Assembly (NCBI GenBank): GCA_030867685.1
Contig: JAQOWU010000001.1
Location: 186,001-250,000 of the forward strand
Length of the DNA stretch: 64,000 nucleotides
Origin: Wickerhamiella versatilis
Taxonomy: Eukaryota
Direction: 5' to 3'
The notes under the pieces are model-generated. The model searched no databases and was not told the DNA's origin. It worked only from the letters and a program-made list of their open reading frames with translations. The position numbers and the translations under genes are program-made. Below, piece by piece: positions 1 through 11,292 of this stretch; within the stretch, counting starts at the first letter, position 1; each line of letters opens with the position of its first letter.

Positions 1-572
1 CACATTACTTTATGTGGCCCACCGCAAAATTGTACTACCTGGCTGCCTTCAGCTTTTGGCTTTCTCAGATATATATTATCAATATTGAAGAGCGCCGGTC
101 AGATCACTGGCAGATGTTCACCCACCATATCGTGACATGCCTATTAGTTTTGGGTTCCTATGCGTACTCTTACACGAGAATAGGACACTTGGTACTAATT
201 TTGATGGATGGGGTGGATACTGTCCTTAGTATTGGTAAGGTAATGAAATACCTAGACTTCCCGCAGAGGTTTTGTGATTTCTTCTTCCTACTATTCTTAA
301 TACTTTGGATTTGGTCTCGCCATATTGTTTATATGTACCAAATTTGGTTTGGATTCTTCAAAGCTGATATCCCAGAGGGAACTTGCACATATCACCCTCT
401 GACCAACGAGCCCGTGGCTTGTTTCAGCAAGCGGCCACACGTAGTGTTTGCACTTCTCGCGGTGGCTCTACAAATAATTACTATAATGTGGCTTGTCCTT
501 ATCATCAAAGTTGTAATTCGGGTCGTTCGTGGTGAGGGTGCGGACGATACTCGAAGCGACGATGAATCTTAG
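1..572 (+). CDS. Ceramide synthase (LAG1/LAC1 family, TLC domain), 5'-truncated by window edge
   Basis: Lag1 motif RRSDHWQMFTHHIVT...MDGVD, multiple TM helices, C-terminal ADDTRSDDE. The frame is open back to the window start. Confidence 0.92.
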   Translation, partial: HYFMWPTAKLYYLAAFSFWLSQIYIINIEERRSDHWQMFTHHIVTCLLVLGSYAYSYTRIGHLVLILMDGVDTVLSIGKVMKYLDFPQRFCDFFFLLFLILWIWSRHIVYMYQIWFGFFKADIPEGTCTYHPLTNEPVACFSKRPHVVFALLAVALQIITIMWLVLIIKVVIRVVRGEGADDTRSDDES

Positions 573-645
573 TGAACTCCTAATTGTCCTAATGTATGCA
601 TCCTGATATATCAGCAAATAAATATATTGGCTTCTAAAATCCCTT

Positions 646-1617
646 TTAAATTAGCTGTGGTGATAGCAGTTCAAGGTAGTTGGATGGGCACATGCCTTCC
701 TCTCCCGTTGCACGTCGGCACATCCACCACTTCCCAGAAATATCAATGACGTCCAGTATCTCTCCCTCGTCAAATGGGATCTCCCCGGCCATAGTATTCG
801 CGTCGTACCTAAACTTTGCTCGGGCCTTATAGGATGAAATTCCTCTCTCTTGTTCACTGCCAATTGAAGAGAAGCCGGACACTACCTGAGACTCGGGTGC
901 CAATTGCCTCGCATTACTTAGTCGTGTACTCGTGATGTGCGACATTGGCCCTTGGGCGCGATTCTGAGAATCATCCTGGGTTTCAGGGCCCTGGTTTGTT
1001 GCGTGAAGCGGGATGCCATGTCGAATAAGCTGGCTTGACGAGTAGACCTGCGGGTAGGTCGTGGTATCCGCCATGGGATTCAGTGGAGCGCTGACCTCAA
1101 CATTTCCATCAGTGATTGCAGTAGACATTTCTGGATGTAGCGCTACGCGCGAATTTTGCTGTACAGGATACTGCATCGGCAAAGGCTTTTTTTGCATAGC
1201 AAATGAGTCAATAAATGCGTGTACGGGCTCGTCCTTCGTGGTGCCAAAGTAGAGTATCCATATAAAATTGATGATTGACAAGAGAATCTGGCCGGCAGCC
1301 GCTGCTGCAGAAGATGTATCGTCGCGCCATACGAAGTTATTTGTGGAATTTGTGGAATAAACAACAGCAATCGCCAACAAGGCAAGAAGCGCATTTCTGT
1401 ACTGTCGTATCTTATTGGTAAAAGCCGTATATACTGTCAGTAATATACAGAAGGCCTCAAACGCTAGTCCCCACCAGCAAAAGATGGGAAAGCTGTCCGA
1501 ACCGGAAGCGTCATTGATGATTGAGGATACGAGAGCAATAGTCCAGGAAAATACTCCCATTGGAATCGTAGTCAACCAAAAAGGGTCCCCAAATATGTTT
1601 GAGAATGCATATTTCAT
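646..1617 (-). CDS. SHO1: HOG-pathway osmosensor Sho1 (4 TM helices plus C-terminal SH3)
   Basis: N-terminal GDPFWLTT, four TM segments, AAAAGQILLSIINFIWILYFG, SH3 domain ARAKFRY...GKWW...GMCPSNYL. Confidence 0.9.
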   Translation of the reverse strand: MKYAFSNIFGDPFWLTTIPMGVFSWTIALVSSIINDASGSDSFPIFCWWGLAFEAFCILLTVYTAFTNKIRQYRNALLALLAIAVVYSTNSTNNFVWRDDTSSAAAAAGQILLSIINFIWILYFGTTKDEPVHAFIDSFAMQKKPLPMQYPVQQNSRVALHPEMSTAITDGNVEVSAPLNPMADTTTYPQVYSSSQLIRHGIPLHATNQGPETQDDSQNRAQGPMSHITSTRLSNARQLAPESQVVSGFSSIGSEQERGISSYKARAKFRYDANTMAGEIPFDEGEILDVIDISGKWWMCRRATGEEGMCPSNYLELLSPQLI

Positions 1618-1789
1618 CGTGAGATTCTCTCGTCAGAGCCCAAACGGTGGCGAACCTTGACTTTCACTACGAAGGGGGTAATTCGGGAATAATAGGGTTG
1701 GGGCCTTTATAATTATGTAATTTGAAATCTTAATTAACGCGATGCGTTAAATGTACTTCGCTAAGTCGAAGTAATTTTTCTGTGTATTA

Positions 1790-3097
1790 TTAGATCACAC
1801 GAGATATATTCACTCCTAGGCACAATATCATCACGAGAGATCCAAAAGCTACCATAACCGTAGAGAAATGATGAAGATAAGCTGTTTGCCTCGGGGAAAA
1901 TGACACCAGGCGGTTCTCAAGACCCGATTTGGACAAAACATACACAAAGATTCCTGGTAGAATGAAGGAAATAGCTGTAGCCCCGGTAGAGCCAACAAAG
2001 CTTAGGACAAGCTCAAGAGATCTTACAGAGAGCGCGAGTACAAAAGAGCTTACAAGAAGCGCGATGGTCACGATATAATGCTCAAAATTAGTTTGATGAA
2101 GGGTTGCAGCACCTGGTGCAGTGATTCCCTGGGAAAGCGGATCGGCCCCCACCAGTGGAACATTCTCCTCAGATGCCTCGCGAGGGACTCCACTGCGGTG
2201 CAAGCGCCATGCCCTGATGATATTACTTACTGATGCCCGTGCGGGATGCAGCATCAACGGGTATGAAAAGATCACAACCACAACAATAGCAAATCGACCG
2301 AATGTCGACCAAATAGACTGTGGATACATTGATATGATGTTATCGCTAACATCGTTGCCGAAACTCAAGTAGCCTAGGAGACCAACCACGGCATAAAGGA
2401 CACCTGCAATTGACATCACAGTAGCGACTATTCCTGCAGTCAGAGAGATAGGGTCCGCCTGCAGCTCATTCAGGGTTGAAAACATATTGTGGGCACAAGT
2501 GAATGCGAAAATCACAAGCGGCAACGAAGTCAAGAAACCTGTGAAGCCACCAGTTGGTGTCACCCAATTAATAGTACCGCCTGGAACATCGCCAAAAAGG
2601 AAATTAACAATGACCAATACTATGATATAGGCCAAGAATGACAACGCGATCACCGATGCAACCTTAAGTGAATCCAAAGTCCTATAAAAAGACAATGGAC
2701 CCACAATTCCTAGAGCAACAACCAGCCAAAACGTACGATTAACTAGAAATCCCGAAGCACCAAGCTCGCCAGCTACAACTGGCATGAGATTGCCGGAAAT
2801 AACAAGATAGGATACCGTGACACCAAAGCACTTAAGTGCAATGGCGAGATCAAATACAACCGCAAGACTAGGAACCGTAATTTTCGACACGGTAAAGAAA
2901 GAGGCTTGTCCCTTCGGCAGAAACCCGGCAGCGTAGGCCTGAAAGAACAAACCAATTCCAGTCATCAGCCCTGCTATCAGTATCGAAAGCGTGGCTAGCA
3001 AGACACCCTGGCTCTTATAAGCGAATGGTAGGGCTAAAATTCCTGCTCCCATGGTCGTCTTGACCAGATTGATCACGGTAGCGACTGGACTGCTCAT
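1790..3097 (-). CDS. Vacuolar amino-acid transporter (AAAP family, Avt5/6/7-like)
   Basis: NLVKTTMGAGILALPFA, FAFTCAHN, SYPLMLHPAR, VGSTGATAISFILPG; about 11 TM segments. Confidence 0.88.
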   Translation of the reverse strand: MSSPVATVINLVKTTMGAGILALPFAYKSQGVLLATLSILIAGLMTGIGLFFQAYAAGFLPKGQASFFTVSKITVPSLAVVFDLAIALKCFGVTVSYLVISGNLMPVVAGELGASGFLVNRTFWLVVALGIVGPLSFYRTLDSLKVASVIALSFLAYIIVLVIVNFLFGDVPGGTINWVTPTGGFTGFLTSLPLVIFAFTCAHNMFSTLNELQADPISLTAGIVATVMSIAGVLYAVVGLLGYLSFGNDVSDNIISMYPQSIWSTFGRFAIVVVVIFSYPLMLHPARASVSNIIRAWRLHRSGVPREASEENVPLVGADPLSQGITAPGAATLHQTNFEHYIVTIALLVSSFVLALSVRSLELVLSFVGSTGATAISFILPGIFVYVLSKSGLENRLVSFSPRQTAYLHHFSTVMVAFGSLVMILCLGVNISRVI

Positions 3098-3580
3098 CTC
3101 AGGTGTTTTTACGTAACAGAGATTATGGAACGATGGTTAGTTATTCTAAGAGTATGACGAGGCGAGTTCATAGCAAGAACTTAATTTGTTACCTGAATGC
3201 TTTTTGATTGATTGAATTGGTAAAAGGTCTCAAATTGCTTTGAAATGTATATGTCAAAATATCTTAAATGTCGCCAAGCTTGTTATAGCTTTATTTGCTA
3301 TTTTTTTTCTGCTTGCTTGCTCAAAATGGACAACACTAGTACGTTAAAGAATCTTCCACCCTTTTACTTAACTAGCGATATGCCAGACCAATCTTGACAA
3401 CGTTATATTCCATTGCATGCTCTAACTGTTAAATAAATCTAGTGCCAGGCATCGCCAGTTTCAATTGATTATTTGCCAGGTGGAGTCCAGATAACCTTAT
3501 TTATGGTAATATTTTACGTGGCTATATATGCGTATATCTGTAGATATGGGGTCTGTGCATGATCAGTAGCAGGCTGACCA

Positions 3581-5254
3581 ATGTCAGAGCCCCCGGTGAA
3601 AAAAAAGAAGGTTGAATCACCCTTAAAAGAGAGCGATGTCGGTATTTCTGAGAGAGTAAACTCTGCTCCGCGATTTAATGGCTTGCTCAAAGAGCGTTAC
3701 ACCGACTTTCAGGTAAATGAAATAACGAAAGACGGTGTCGTCGTACGACTGTCAGTCCCACTACCTGAAGCCTCCCCAGAGCCTGAAAAGCCCACAGAAC
3801 CGGAAAAACCAAATATTCCCGAGCTTGATGAGTCCCTCAAAAAGAAAGCTGAGGAGATTCTGGGTGAGACATTCGTCTCGGGATGCTTAAAACTGTTTCT
3901 GCCTCCCCAAGAGAATCCACCGATTAGGGTCATTACAGAAAAGACATTTAACGATAAATCAGAACGTACCGAGGTGCATGAGCTTATAAGGGAACTCTTC
4001 AAGGGACGTCTCGATAGCAATATGGAAAAAGATGCTAGGATCAGCGCTGCCCCCATGACCCCGAAAAAAAAGAACAAAGATAAGGCAGGGGGGAAGTTTT
4101 TGCATATCACTGTCCTCAAAGAAAATAAGGAAACAATGGAAGTAGCATCATTGCTAGCAAAACTCATACACTTGAAACCTCGAGATGTCACATTCGCAGG
4201 CACAAAGGATAGGAGAGGTATCACAACACAAAGGTTCGCGCTGGCCCATACGACAATCGGAAGAGCCACACGATTAAACTCACAGCTTCGAGGCGCCGAA
4301 ATTGGAAATTTTGTTTATACTGATGAGCCGCTTCGTCTAGGCGACCTCGGAGGCAACGAGTTTTGGATCACCCTCCGGGACGTCACTGGAACCCCAGAGG
4401 AGATTGAGGAATGTTTTTCGGGCCTAAAAAATAATGGGTTTATAAATTACTTTGGTCTGCAGAGATTTGGTACGTTTAGCACGTCCTCGCATGAGCTAGG
4501 TCGATGTATCCTCAGCGGCGATTACGATTCTTGTGTCTCCAAACTATTAAGCCCGCAAGACGTAACGAACCCAGAATCTCGCGAGGCTAGAAATGTCTGG
4601 GCTGAGACACATGACCCGGCGAAGGCTTTGCAACTTATGCCAAGACGATGTGCCGCTGAATATGCTATCCTAGCCGCATTGAAAGACTCTCCGAGTTCAA
4701 TAAACGCCATACTACGTGTACCGCGCAATCTGAGAGTAATGTACGTGCATGCATATCAGAGTTATATTTGGAATTGTGCCGCCAGTGCTCGTATTAAAAT
4801 GGGTCTAACTATCCAGGATGGTGATTTAGTGATTGATGAGGAATCAGAAGATCAGTTCGAGAGAGCTAGACCTGCAAACAGTGAAAAGGATACTATTTTT
4901 GATATAGTATTGCCAACACCAGGATTTGACATTGAATACCCCTCTAATCTACTTAAAGTATACGAAGATATTATGGGATCTGATGGAATCGACTGCCATT
5001 CTATGCGACGAAACATAAGAGAATTCTCGCTATCTGGAAGTTACAGGCCTCTGCTTGCGAAACCAACTAACGTAGAATGGTGGATGAAAAATTACTCTAA
5101 CCAAGAAGAAGACATTGTTTCCAGCGACCGGGATGTTCTTCGTGGTCAAAGTAAGATTATTGACACAAATGGAGAACGCCGAGCTGCAGTTTTGAAAATG
5201 TCCTTGGGACCATCTCAGTATGCAACCATGGCTCTTCGGGAAGTGCTGCAATAG
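3581..5254 (+). CDS. PUS7: Pseudouridine synthase Pus7 (TruD family)
   Basis: KERYTDFQVNEI, FAGTKDRRGIT (catalytic D), GFINYFGLQRFG, YATMALRE. Confidence 0.96.
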   Translation: MSEPPVKKKKVESPLKESDVGISERVNSAPRFNGLLKERYTDFQVNEITKDGVVVRLSVPLPEASPEPEKPTEPEKPNIPELDESLKKKAEEILGETFVSGCLKLFLPPQENPPIRVITEKTFNDKSERTEVHELIRELFKGRLDSNMEKDARISAAPMTPKKKNKDKAGGKFLHITVLKENKETMEVASLLAKLIHLKPRDVTFAGTKDRRGITTQRFALAHTTIGRATRLNSQLRGAEIGNFVYTDEPLRLGDLGGNEFWITLRDVTGTPEEIEECFSGLKNNGFINYFGLQRFGTFSTSSHELGRCILSGDYDSCVSKLLSPQDVTNPESREARNVWAETHDPAKALQLMPRRCAAEYAILAALKDSPSSINAILRVPRNLRVMYVHAYQSYIWNCAASARIKMGLTIQDGDLVIDEESEDQFERARPANSEKDTIFDIVLPTPGFDIEYPSNLLKVYEDIMGSDGIDCHSMRRNIREFSLSGSYRPLLAKPTNVEWWMKNYSNQEEDIVSSDRDVLRGQSKIIDTNGERRAAVLKMSLGPSQYATMALREVLQ

Positions 5255-5668
5255 ATAGAGGATTTCAAATAGTTTTTTTATTTTTGATATATTCTCGAGC
5301 TCAGTTATCTTTGGGTCGCTGATGACCTATATTATTGGCGTTTCCTCTCTTGGAGCTTCCCATGTCCCCAGTCCCACTTACCCTTGCCCGTAAATTAGTT
5401 GAAAGCTTAAAGGCCTAAAATGGTGAACATGGTTGTAAAATTGGATTAATATCAATATCATAGTATTTTGATGGTTTGTTTGGGTAAATGTCCTACAGTT
5501 GCGAAATGTAGAAAAATGGATATAGCACGGTTTCAACCTAGATGCTCTGGGGAAAGTTTCTACTTCGGGAAATTTTCTCCATTTCCAGATCTGCATTGTG
5601 CTAGCATAAAAATGCTAGTGAATCCCTAGTCTGCAAGAAGGTTCGCGCGCCCTCCGCACTTGGCTCCA

Positions 5669-6436
5669 ATGGCACCCCACTTCTACAATACTTATCGCCG
5701 GCCGCTCGGTGAAACATCGGGGAATACCAACAGCTCTACCTCTGCTACTAAAGCTGAGGGTGAAACTTTTCGATCATGGCTGGCCTCCAAAACCCGCTTT
5801 CGTGTTGAGCCTGCACTTCCTGCAGCTAGTACCTCTACGGTAGCTGCAGATCTCACCCCAGTACAATTTTATCCACAAAAGGACCAGGTCAGAGCTGTTA
5901 TCTTAGCTGTTCAGAGTGAAATTAGCCTATTGGCAGTTCTGACCCAGTCATGTGGGGGTCCTCTGGAGCGAGTGGCCCGAACTCCAGATGGTCGGGCCAT
6001 TATTTTGGAGTTTCTGAATCCTCAAAATGCAGATAATTTTTTGCGTTATGTTAATGAGGGCCACTGCGTTGTTGATGGAAAGGTTTTAAGCGCCCAATTG
6101 GCTGCTCCGAGCCTCCCACCGGAAAGTTCTAACGCAGATGCTCGACGCACGCTTTGCCTATGGCATTCTGTTGGCCATAATTCCGGTCAGGTGTATGTGG
6201 GCTTGAACCTCGGTCAGTTGAAGGCCACGTTTGGGAGGATAGGCACCTTGGTTGCTATCCAACCGATGTTCGCGAAGAAGTACGTTGCTTTTGCTGTGCA
6301 TTTTGACAGCATAGGTAGTGCCGTCCGAGCGAAGTACCTTTTTGACCACTCCTCCTCTATGTTCGCTGACTTGTCACCGAACTGGCATCTCGATTTTGAC
6401 CGAGATCCTGTTGACCGCTCATGCATTTTTGTTTGA
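5669..6436 (+). CDS. Two-RRM-like protein resembling sporulation factor Ssp2
   Basis: First ATG at 5669 (the ORF track starts at TTG). QSCGGPLERV and C-terminal WHLDFDRDPVDRSC resemble Ssp2 motifs as I recall them. Confidence 0.55.
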   Translation: MAPHFYNTYRRPLGETSGNTNSSTSATKAEGETFRSWLASKTRFRVEPALPAASTSTVAADLTPVQFYPQKDQVRAVILAVQSEISLLAVLTQSCGGPLERVARTPDGRAIILEFLNPQNADNFLRYVNEGHCVVDGKVLSAQLAAPSLPPESSNADARRTLCLWHSVGHNSGQVYVGLNLGQLKATFGRIGTLVAIQPMFAKKYVAFAVHFDSIGSAVRAKYLFDHSSSMFADLSPNWHLDFDRDPVDRSCIFV

Positions 6437-6959
6437 CAAGCATAAGGTGAGTTGGTTTTTTGTATTATCTTGCACTTTATTTTATCTTTTCGACCTGGTG
6501 TTCAGCGGGTAATTGTAAGGTATTCATTTTATTTTTGGAGATTTCAATTAATTTAGTCTTTTAAACATGTGTTCATATAGTGATTAGAATTTTAATGTCA
6601 TTGTCAATTTGGCCAAACTTCAAGGCCCATGTGTCCATGAATTCTTGTTAAAAAAAGGGTCTGAGTTCCTATCTCATTATTCCGAATTAGGTAATCGGCA
6701 TTATGGTATCATACAGTTAATGCCAGTGGTCGCCCTGGTCAACATCCAAAAAAGCTAGCCTCGAGATTTGCCATTCTAAAATATATCGATACTCAGGATA
6801 TTATTCTCCTACATTACCTTTCACAGCAGAACTAACATTGCTATACTATAGATATACATATAATTTGATTGTGAACATAAATCGGTAAGATCACGGATGT
6901 ATCACATAATCGGTCGGAGTTACGGGGAATACGTTCCCACACCGAAGAATTTTTAAAAA

Positions 6960-7919
6960 ATGTCAAGTTTTGCTAGTGCTGCCAAGTCTTTTGCTCGAGA
7001 GTTATTCGCCCCATCAACCCCAGCCTTGAGACAACGTGATTATCCCGATCTCAGCGGTCAAGTATGGGTTGTTGAAGGAGCCACAGGAGGCATTGGAAGA
7101 GAATGTGCTTTAAAACTTCTTCAGCAAGGGGCTAAAGTATGGCTGATAGGACATAGTCCCTCAAGAATGGAAGAAGTAACTGAAATGTTGAAAAGAATTG
7201 TACCCAAGGGTCATTTCGAAACTGCACTTATAGATTTTGTTGATTTATCAACAGTGAAACCAGCTCTCAAACCGTTATTAGAGGGAGAAGATACGATTCA
7301 AGGTGTTTTGCATTGCTCGGGAGTTATGCTTAGATCCAATAAGGAAAGAACTGAGCAGGATCACCAGTCAACGGTTGCCATAAATAACATCGGCCCGCAT
7401 CTGGTACAGCGGTTATTAGATCCGCTTTTAATTAAATCTTCTAAGTCTGAAGGCCCGATCCCACGCATTGTCTGGATATCCTCTATGATGTCCTCTACAT
7501 CACCCGAGGGCGGATTTCACAAGCACAATCTTACGAAGGGGAGTGATCCCCGCAATCAATATGCAGTTTCAAAGGCAATAGTCTATATTCAATCCGTACA
7601 ATGGGTACAGAATCATCCAGGTGTTCAAGTATTGTCTCTCAGCGTGCATCCTGGCCTGATAGATACGAATTTTGAGGACAGTTCGTCACTAGTTAATGCA
7701 CTTTTTCTGCGTCCATTGATGAGACAGCAGAGCTACGCCTCCTATATTCCTCTTTTTGCAGCATTGTCACCATCAATTACTTTCGAAGATAATGGTGGCT
7801 ATTATGTGCCACCAGGGGTGAAAGAGAAAATGCGCCGTGACATCGCAAAAGCAGCAAAAGGAGAAAAAGGTGCTTATCTATGGAATTGGTTGAACGAACA
7901 AACGAATAAATTTATTTAG
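6960..7919 (+). CDS. Short-chain dehydrogenase/reductase (retinol dehydrogenase/Env9-like)
   Basis: GATGGIG Rossmann motif, RIVWISS, catalytic YAVSK, SVHPGLIDT. Confidence 0.88.
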   Translation: MSSFASAAKSFARELFAPSTPALRQRDYPDLSGQVWVVEGATGGIGRECALKLLQQGAKVWLIGHSPSRMEEVTEMLKRIVPKGHFETALIDFVDLSTVKPALKPLLEGEDTIQGVLHCSGVMLRSNKERTEQDHQSTVAINNIGPHLVQRLLDPLLIKSSKSEGPIPRIVWISSMMSSTSPEGGFHKHNLTKGSDPRNQYAVSKAIVYIQSVQWVQNHPGVQVLSLSVHPGLIDTNFEDSSSLVNALFLRPLMRQQSYASYIPLFAALSPSITFEDNGGYYVPPGVKEKMRRDIAKAAKGEKGAYLWNWLNEQTNKFI

Positions 7920-7983
7920 TATATACTTTTCGTCAATATATAAGTATGTATGTATGTATTTAAAAAGTACTCAGCGTCTCGAT

Positions 7984-8742
7984 CTAATTGTCATCTGAAG
8001 AAGAGAGTAAGCGAAGAATATTCAGGAATAAGTTTAAAATGTCCAGATACAGCTCAATTGATGCCGCTATCTCGTCTTCAGGGCTGAACTGTGTCATGAT
8101 AACCTGTGTATCCACTAGAATAAACCCACTGAATACAACAACTGCGATAATGGAGTATGCGAGTTCAATCCTTGTGCTATTAGTGAATAGCCCGATAAAC
8201 CCGAGGGCTATCAAAGCAAATAGAGAGGCACATAAGTAAGGTAACCAGCTTGTAAGATCGTAACGTGTCTGTACTGCAAAAGCACTGAGTCCAAAGAATA
8301 CAACCATTGTGATCACAAACGCATTAATCACAATACGAGTATCATAGAGTGAGCTCACTACACCTACAAGATACGACTCTGCCAGCGTAAATAGGCCGAG
8401 AAGTACAAGATTCCAAGGCCAACGCCGCTGAAGGACCATGGCTCCAATCATGAGACCGATGGCACCAAACATGGAGACGTATAGCAGCCATTGATGCGTT
8501 AATGCCCAGCTTTGGACACCGGGAACGAACATAATTACAGCGGACAGACCAGCAGTAAGAGTCAGTTGCATACCTAGCAAAAGGTACACACGACTCAGAA
8601 AGCCATGCCGAATATCCATCGTGCATTCACTCACACTGACACTATATTTGAAATCATCAGGAATAACATCACCATCATTTCTAGATGGAGTTGGCTCATT
8701 AGGACGCAACAACGCCTCTTCGTACTCCGGAGGGTTCGACAT
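7984..8742 (-). CDS. BXI1: Bax inhibitor-1/TMBIM family membrane protein
   Basis: IRHGFLSRVY, DTQVI, ELYLDILNLFLNILRLL; about 7 TM segments. Confidence 0.9.
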   Translation of the reverse strand: MSNPPEYEEALLRPNEPTPSRNDGDVIPDDFKYSVSVSECTMDIRHGFLSRVYLLLGMQLTLTAGLSAVIMFVPGVQSWALTHQWLLYVSMFGAIGLMIGAMVLQRRWPWNLVLLGLFTLAESYLVGVVSSLYDTRIVINAFVITMVVFFGLSAFAVQTRYDLTSWLPYLCASLFALIALGFIGLFTNSTRIELAYSIIAVVVFSGFILVDTQVIMTQFSPEDEIAASIELYLDILNLFLNILRLLSSSDDN

Positions 8743-9057
8743 TGCTCAGCTTACCTAAGTGACCCGGTTGTAATATATGTGCGGACACAATCCTAATAAG
8801 CAGGTCTGGTCGATGTATCTAGAAACCCTTGCCCAGGTCCAATATACCGAAGTGAGCTTGGCTCCGCAAGATAAAGAGATTTAGTTTCCTAATTGTTTGC
8901 AACTTGCCTTCTAGAGGAACTGCTCTATTTGGAGAGCTAATGCCAGGGCTAAGAAATACGAAGTAATCCACTTAAACTGGGAATCTGAGCATTTGTTTTC
9001 AATGATATTCAGACTTTATTTTCGAGCACAGCTCCATCTAATGTCGCTAAACTAGAT

Positions 9058-9998
9058 TTAAGATTCATCCATACGTTCCCCATCTGCGCTCTCCTCGCCT
9101 CTTGAGCCCTCAGCGCCGCCAGCACCTGACTCGCCACCCGAAGTTCTTTCAGCATCATTGCCTTCGTGAGTGGCATCTCCAGTCACTTCCGGCTCAGCTT
9201 CCGCCTGCGGCGCTTGAGCCGGGGCCATCACTCGTTTTGTAGAATCTAACTTGTCCAGCCATGGAGCAATGTCTTCATCCTCGATGATGGTAAACTCCTT
9301 GTCTATCCCTACAACAGCCACGCTCGTATTACGGAAAGTAAGTTCTTTGTCCTGTGGAAGCGTGTCTCGAAGTGCAAGCAGGCCATGAACAACGAGCTCC
9401 TCCAAATCACTTGATTCAAGCTTATCAAAATTGCGCTCCAAATATGTTCTGGCAGCCTGACTCCGAGCTCCAATAGCGGTCCCAAAGTATTCCAGTATAG
9501 ATCCACTAGGTAAAAACTCACACAGATGGGGACCTTTTTCGTCAGCTCCGGCGACAAGAAGTCCCACACCGTACGGTCTCTTGCCATACTGCTGCGTATT
9601 GGCCTGCGCCTTGTCAGCGATGGAACTTACCGCCCTGTTTACAGCAAGCGGCTTGTCATAGAGAAGTCTAGTCCGCAGGCTCTGGGTCCGTAAGCTTGCC
9701 ACAAGGACTCGTGCATCAGGTGCAAGCCCAGCAAGTGCCACTCCCATATTATCATCTACTTTCATTAGCTTCTTTTGATAGGATCCAAGCTTCTCGGCAT
9801 TGCGCTTGAGCGCCACAAGAACAACATGTGTTTTCGAGCGTAAGCCCACTGCCGCAGAACCCTGCTTGATTGCCTCAAGTGCATATTCAACCTGGAACAG
9901 CCTTCCTGTCGGCGAAAATGTCACGCTGTCGTTGTCGTATGAGTTTCGAAACTGCGTTAGCTATGCTTTTATAATGTGCTTGTAGCGCCACTTACCAT
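9058..9998 (-). CDS. PRE5: 20S proteasome alpha-6 subunit; exon 1 = ATG only (9996-9998), intron 9952-9995, exon 2 = 9058-9951
   Basis: Splicing restores the conserved N-terminus MFRNSYDNDSVTFSPTGRLFQVEYA; GARSQAARTYLE; acidic tail. Confidence 0.93.
9952..9995 (-). other. 44-nt spliceosomal intron in PRE5
   Basis: Minus strand reads ATG|GTAAGT...GCTAAC-G-CAG|TTTCGAAAC. Confidence 0.88.
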
Positions 9999-10379
9999 TC
10001 GCGTGAAAGCTGGTTAATGCTTAGTATGTAAGCAGGACAGGTGACTTGTTCACAAGTCGCACCCAACACATCAGAACTTAAGTACTATATATTTTACTTA
10101 TTGCTGCTTTGGATATTCAAACAGACTTTGATATACCCTGAAATAAAAAAACCGCTGGAGGTTTAATAGTGAGATACTTAAGTCGCCAAAAAAGGTTTTT
10201 ACTTTTAGAGTTCGGCAATTAAAAAAAAAGAATTTTTCAAAAAAGAGCGTACGGGAAGCCCTTGCAATAGTCTGCGTCATTTCGAGCTGCTCGGGTGTAC
10301 TGTCATTGGATTGCACTTGACTTCTGAGCGGTCCACCCTCGTAGTCAGCTGTTCCCTCTGCTGGCTGGCTGCTCACAAC

Positions 10380-10769
10380 ATGCGATTCACGCAGGTTGAA
10401 AAGATATTTACACTTTCTAGTGTGCTTGCGCTTGGTTTTATACTCATTATACTAAGTTGCGCACTGTTCCACAACTGGCACCCGCTTATGGTGATCGCTA
10501 TGTTCTTGCTTGCTCCTCTACCGAATAGTCTATGTGGCGCCCGTTCGTCTGACGACTTTATGAGCGAGGCTCCGGACCTTTTAGCTGACTTCGGCCGGTT
10601 TTTAACTGGATTCCTGCTTCTAGGTGGCATTGCACTCCCAATAGTAATGGCGCATAATTCTGTGATCAGCCACGCGGCAATGCTTATGTCTCTCGCTGGC
10701 GGTGGACTCGTCTACTTTTCGATTGTGACGTTTGGATCTCTTTATTATGAGCAAGAATCAGAGTTCTAG
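10380..10769 (+). CDS. VPS55: Vacuolar protein sorting protein Vps55 (OB-RGRP family)
   Basis: First ATG at 10380; GFILIILSCAL..NWHPL, APLPN, DFGRFLTG, ALPIVMAH. Confidence 0.9.
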   Translation: MRFTQVEKIFTLSSVLALGFILIILSCALFHNWHPLMVIAMFLLAPLPNSLCGARSSDDFMSEAPDLLADFGRFLTGFLLLGGIALPIVMAHNSVISHAAMLMSLAGGGLVYFSIVTFGSLYYEQESEF

Positions 10770-10937
10770 AGACCACTAGGCTGGCCCCACGTGTGCTACA
10801 GGTGAACGAGTCGATATCCATGCCTCGAAATGTATATTAAGATGTTCCTCTATTTTGGCTGTTCACTCTGCATAGTTGTACTGCATAGTTGCAGGCAGAA
10901 TTCGTTACCCACAACAGAACTAACATTGGTTTCCCAG

Positions 10938-10952
10938 AGAATGTTCTAGAAG
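10938..10952. promoter_or_regulatory. Perfect three-unit heat-shock element upstream of the 11293 gene
   Basis: aGAAtgTTCtaGAAg matches nGAAnnTTCnnGAAn, about 340 bp upstream of the ATG. Confidence 0.5.
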
Positions 10953-11292
10953 TGCGGAGCAACAAACGAGGCAGTGGATCACTCGTAAATTGCAGAGCGT
11001 TGTAGAACAAAGGCTACGTTCAAGAGATATATTTAATGGAAGGAATGAAAGAATGATGAAGAAGTGCCGAGGACTTGCTTTGTATCTGGAACAGTTGTCG
11101 ACTTCAACTGCTATATTTTAATAGTATTGATGGCAGCATCTAATTGAATTATCTAGTGATATTAAAAGGACTGAAGGTGCTCTATATGACTTCTTATTAG
11201 TTCTTGCTACCCAACGCACAATTTATTGCCCTAACCCTTCAATTCGTATATAAGTTGGCACAGGTGGCACCGTTTTTCGGAGTGAATCAAGA

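Noticed and set aside
6827-10928. Identical 14-mer CAGAACTAACATTG at 6827 and 10915
   Set aside because: Several 14-bp matches are expected by chance in 64 kb; no flanking similarity.
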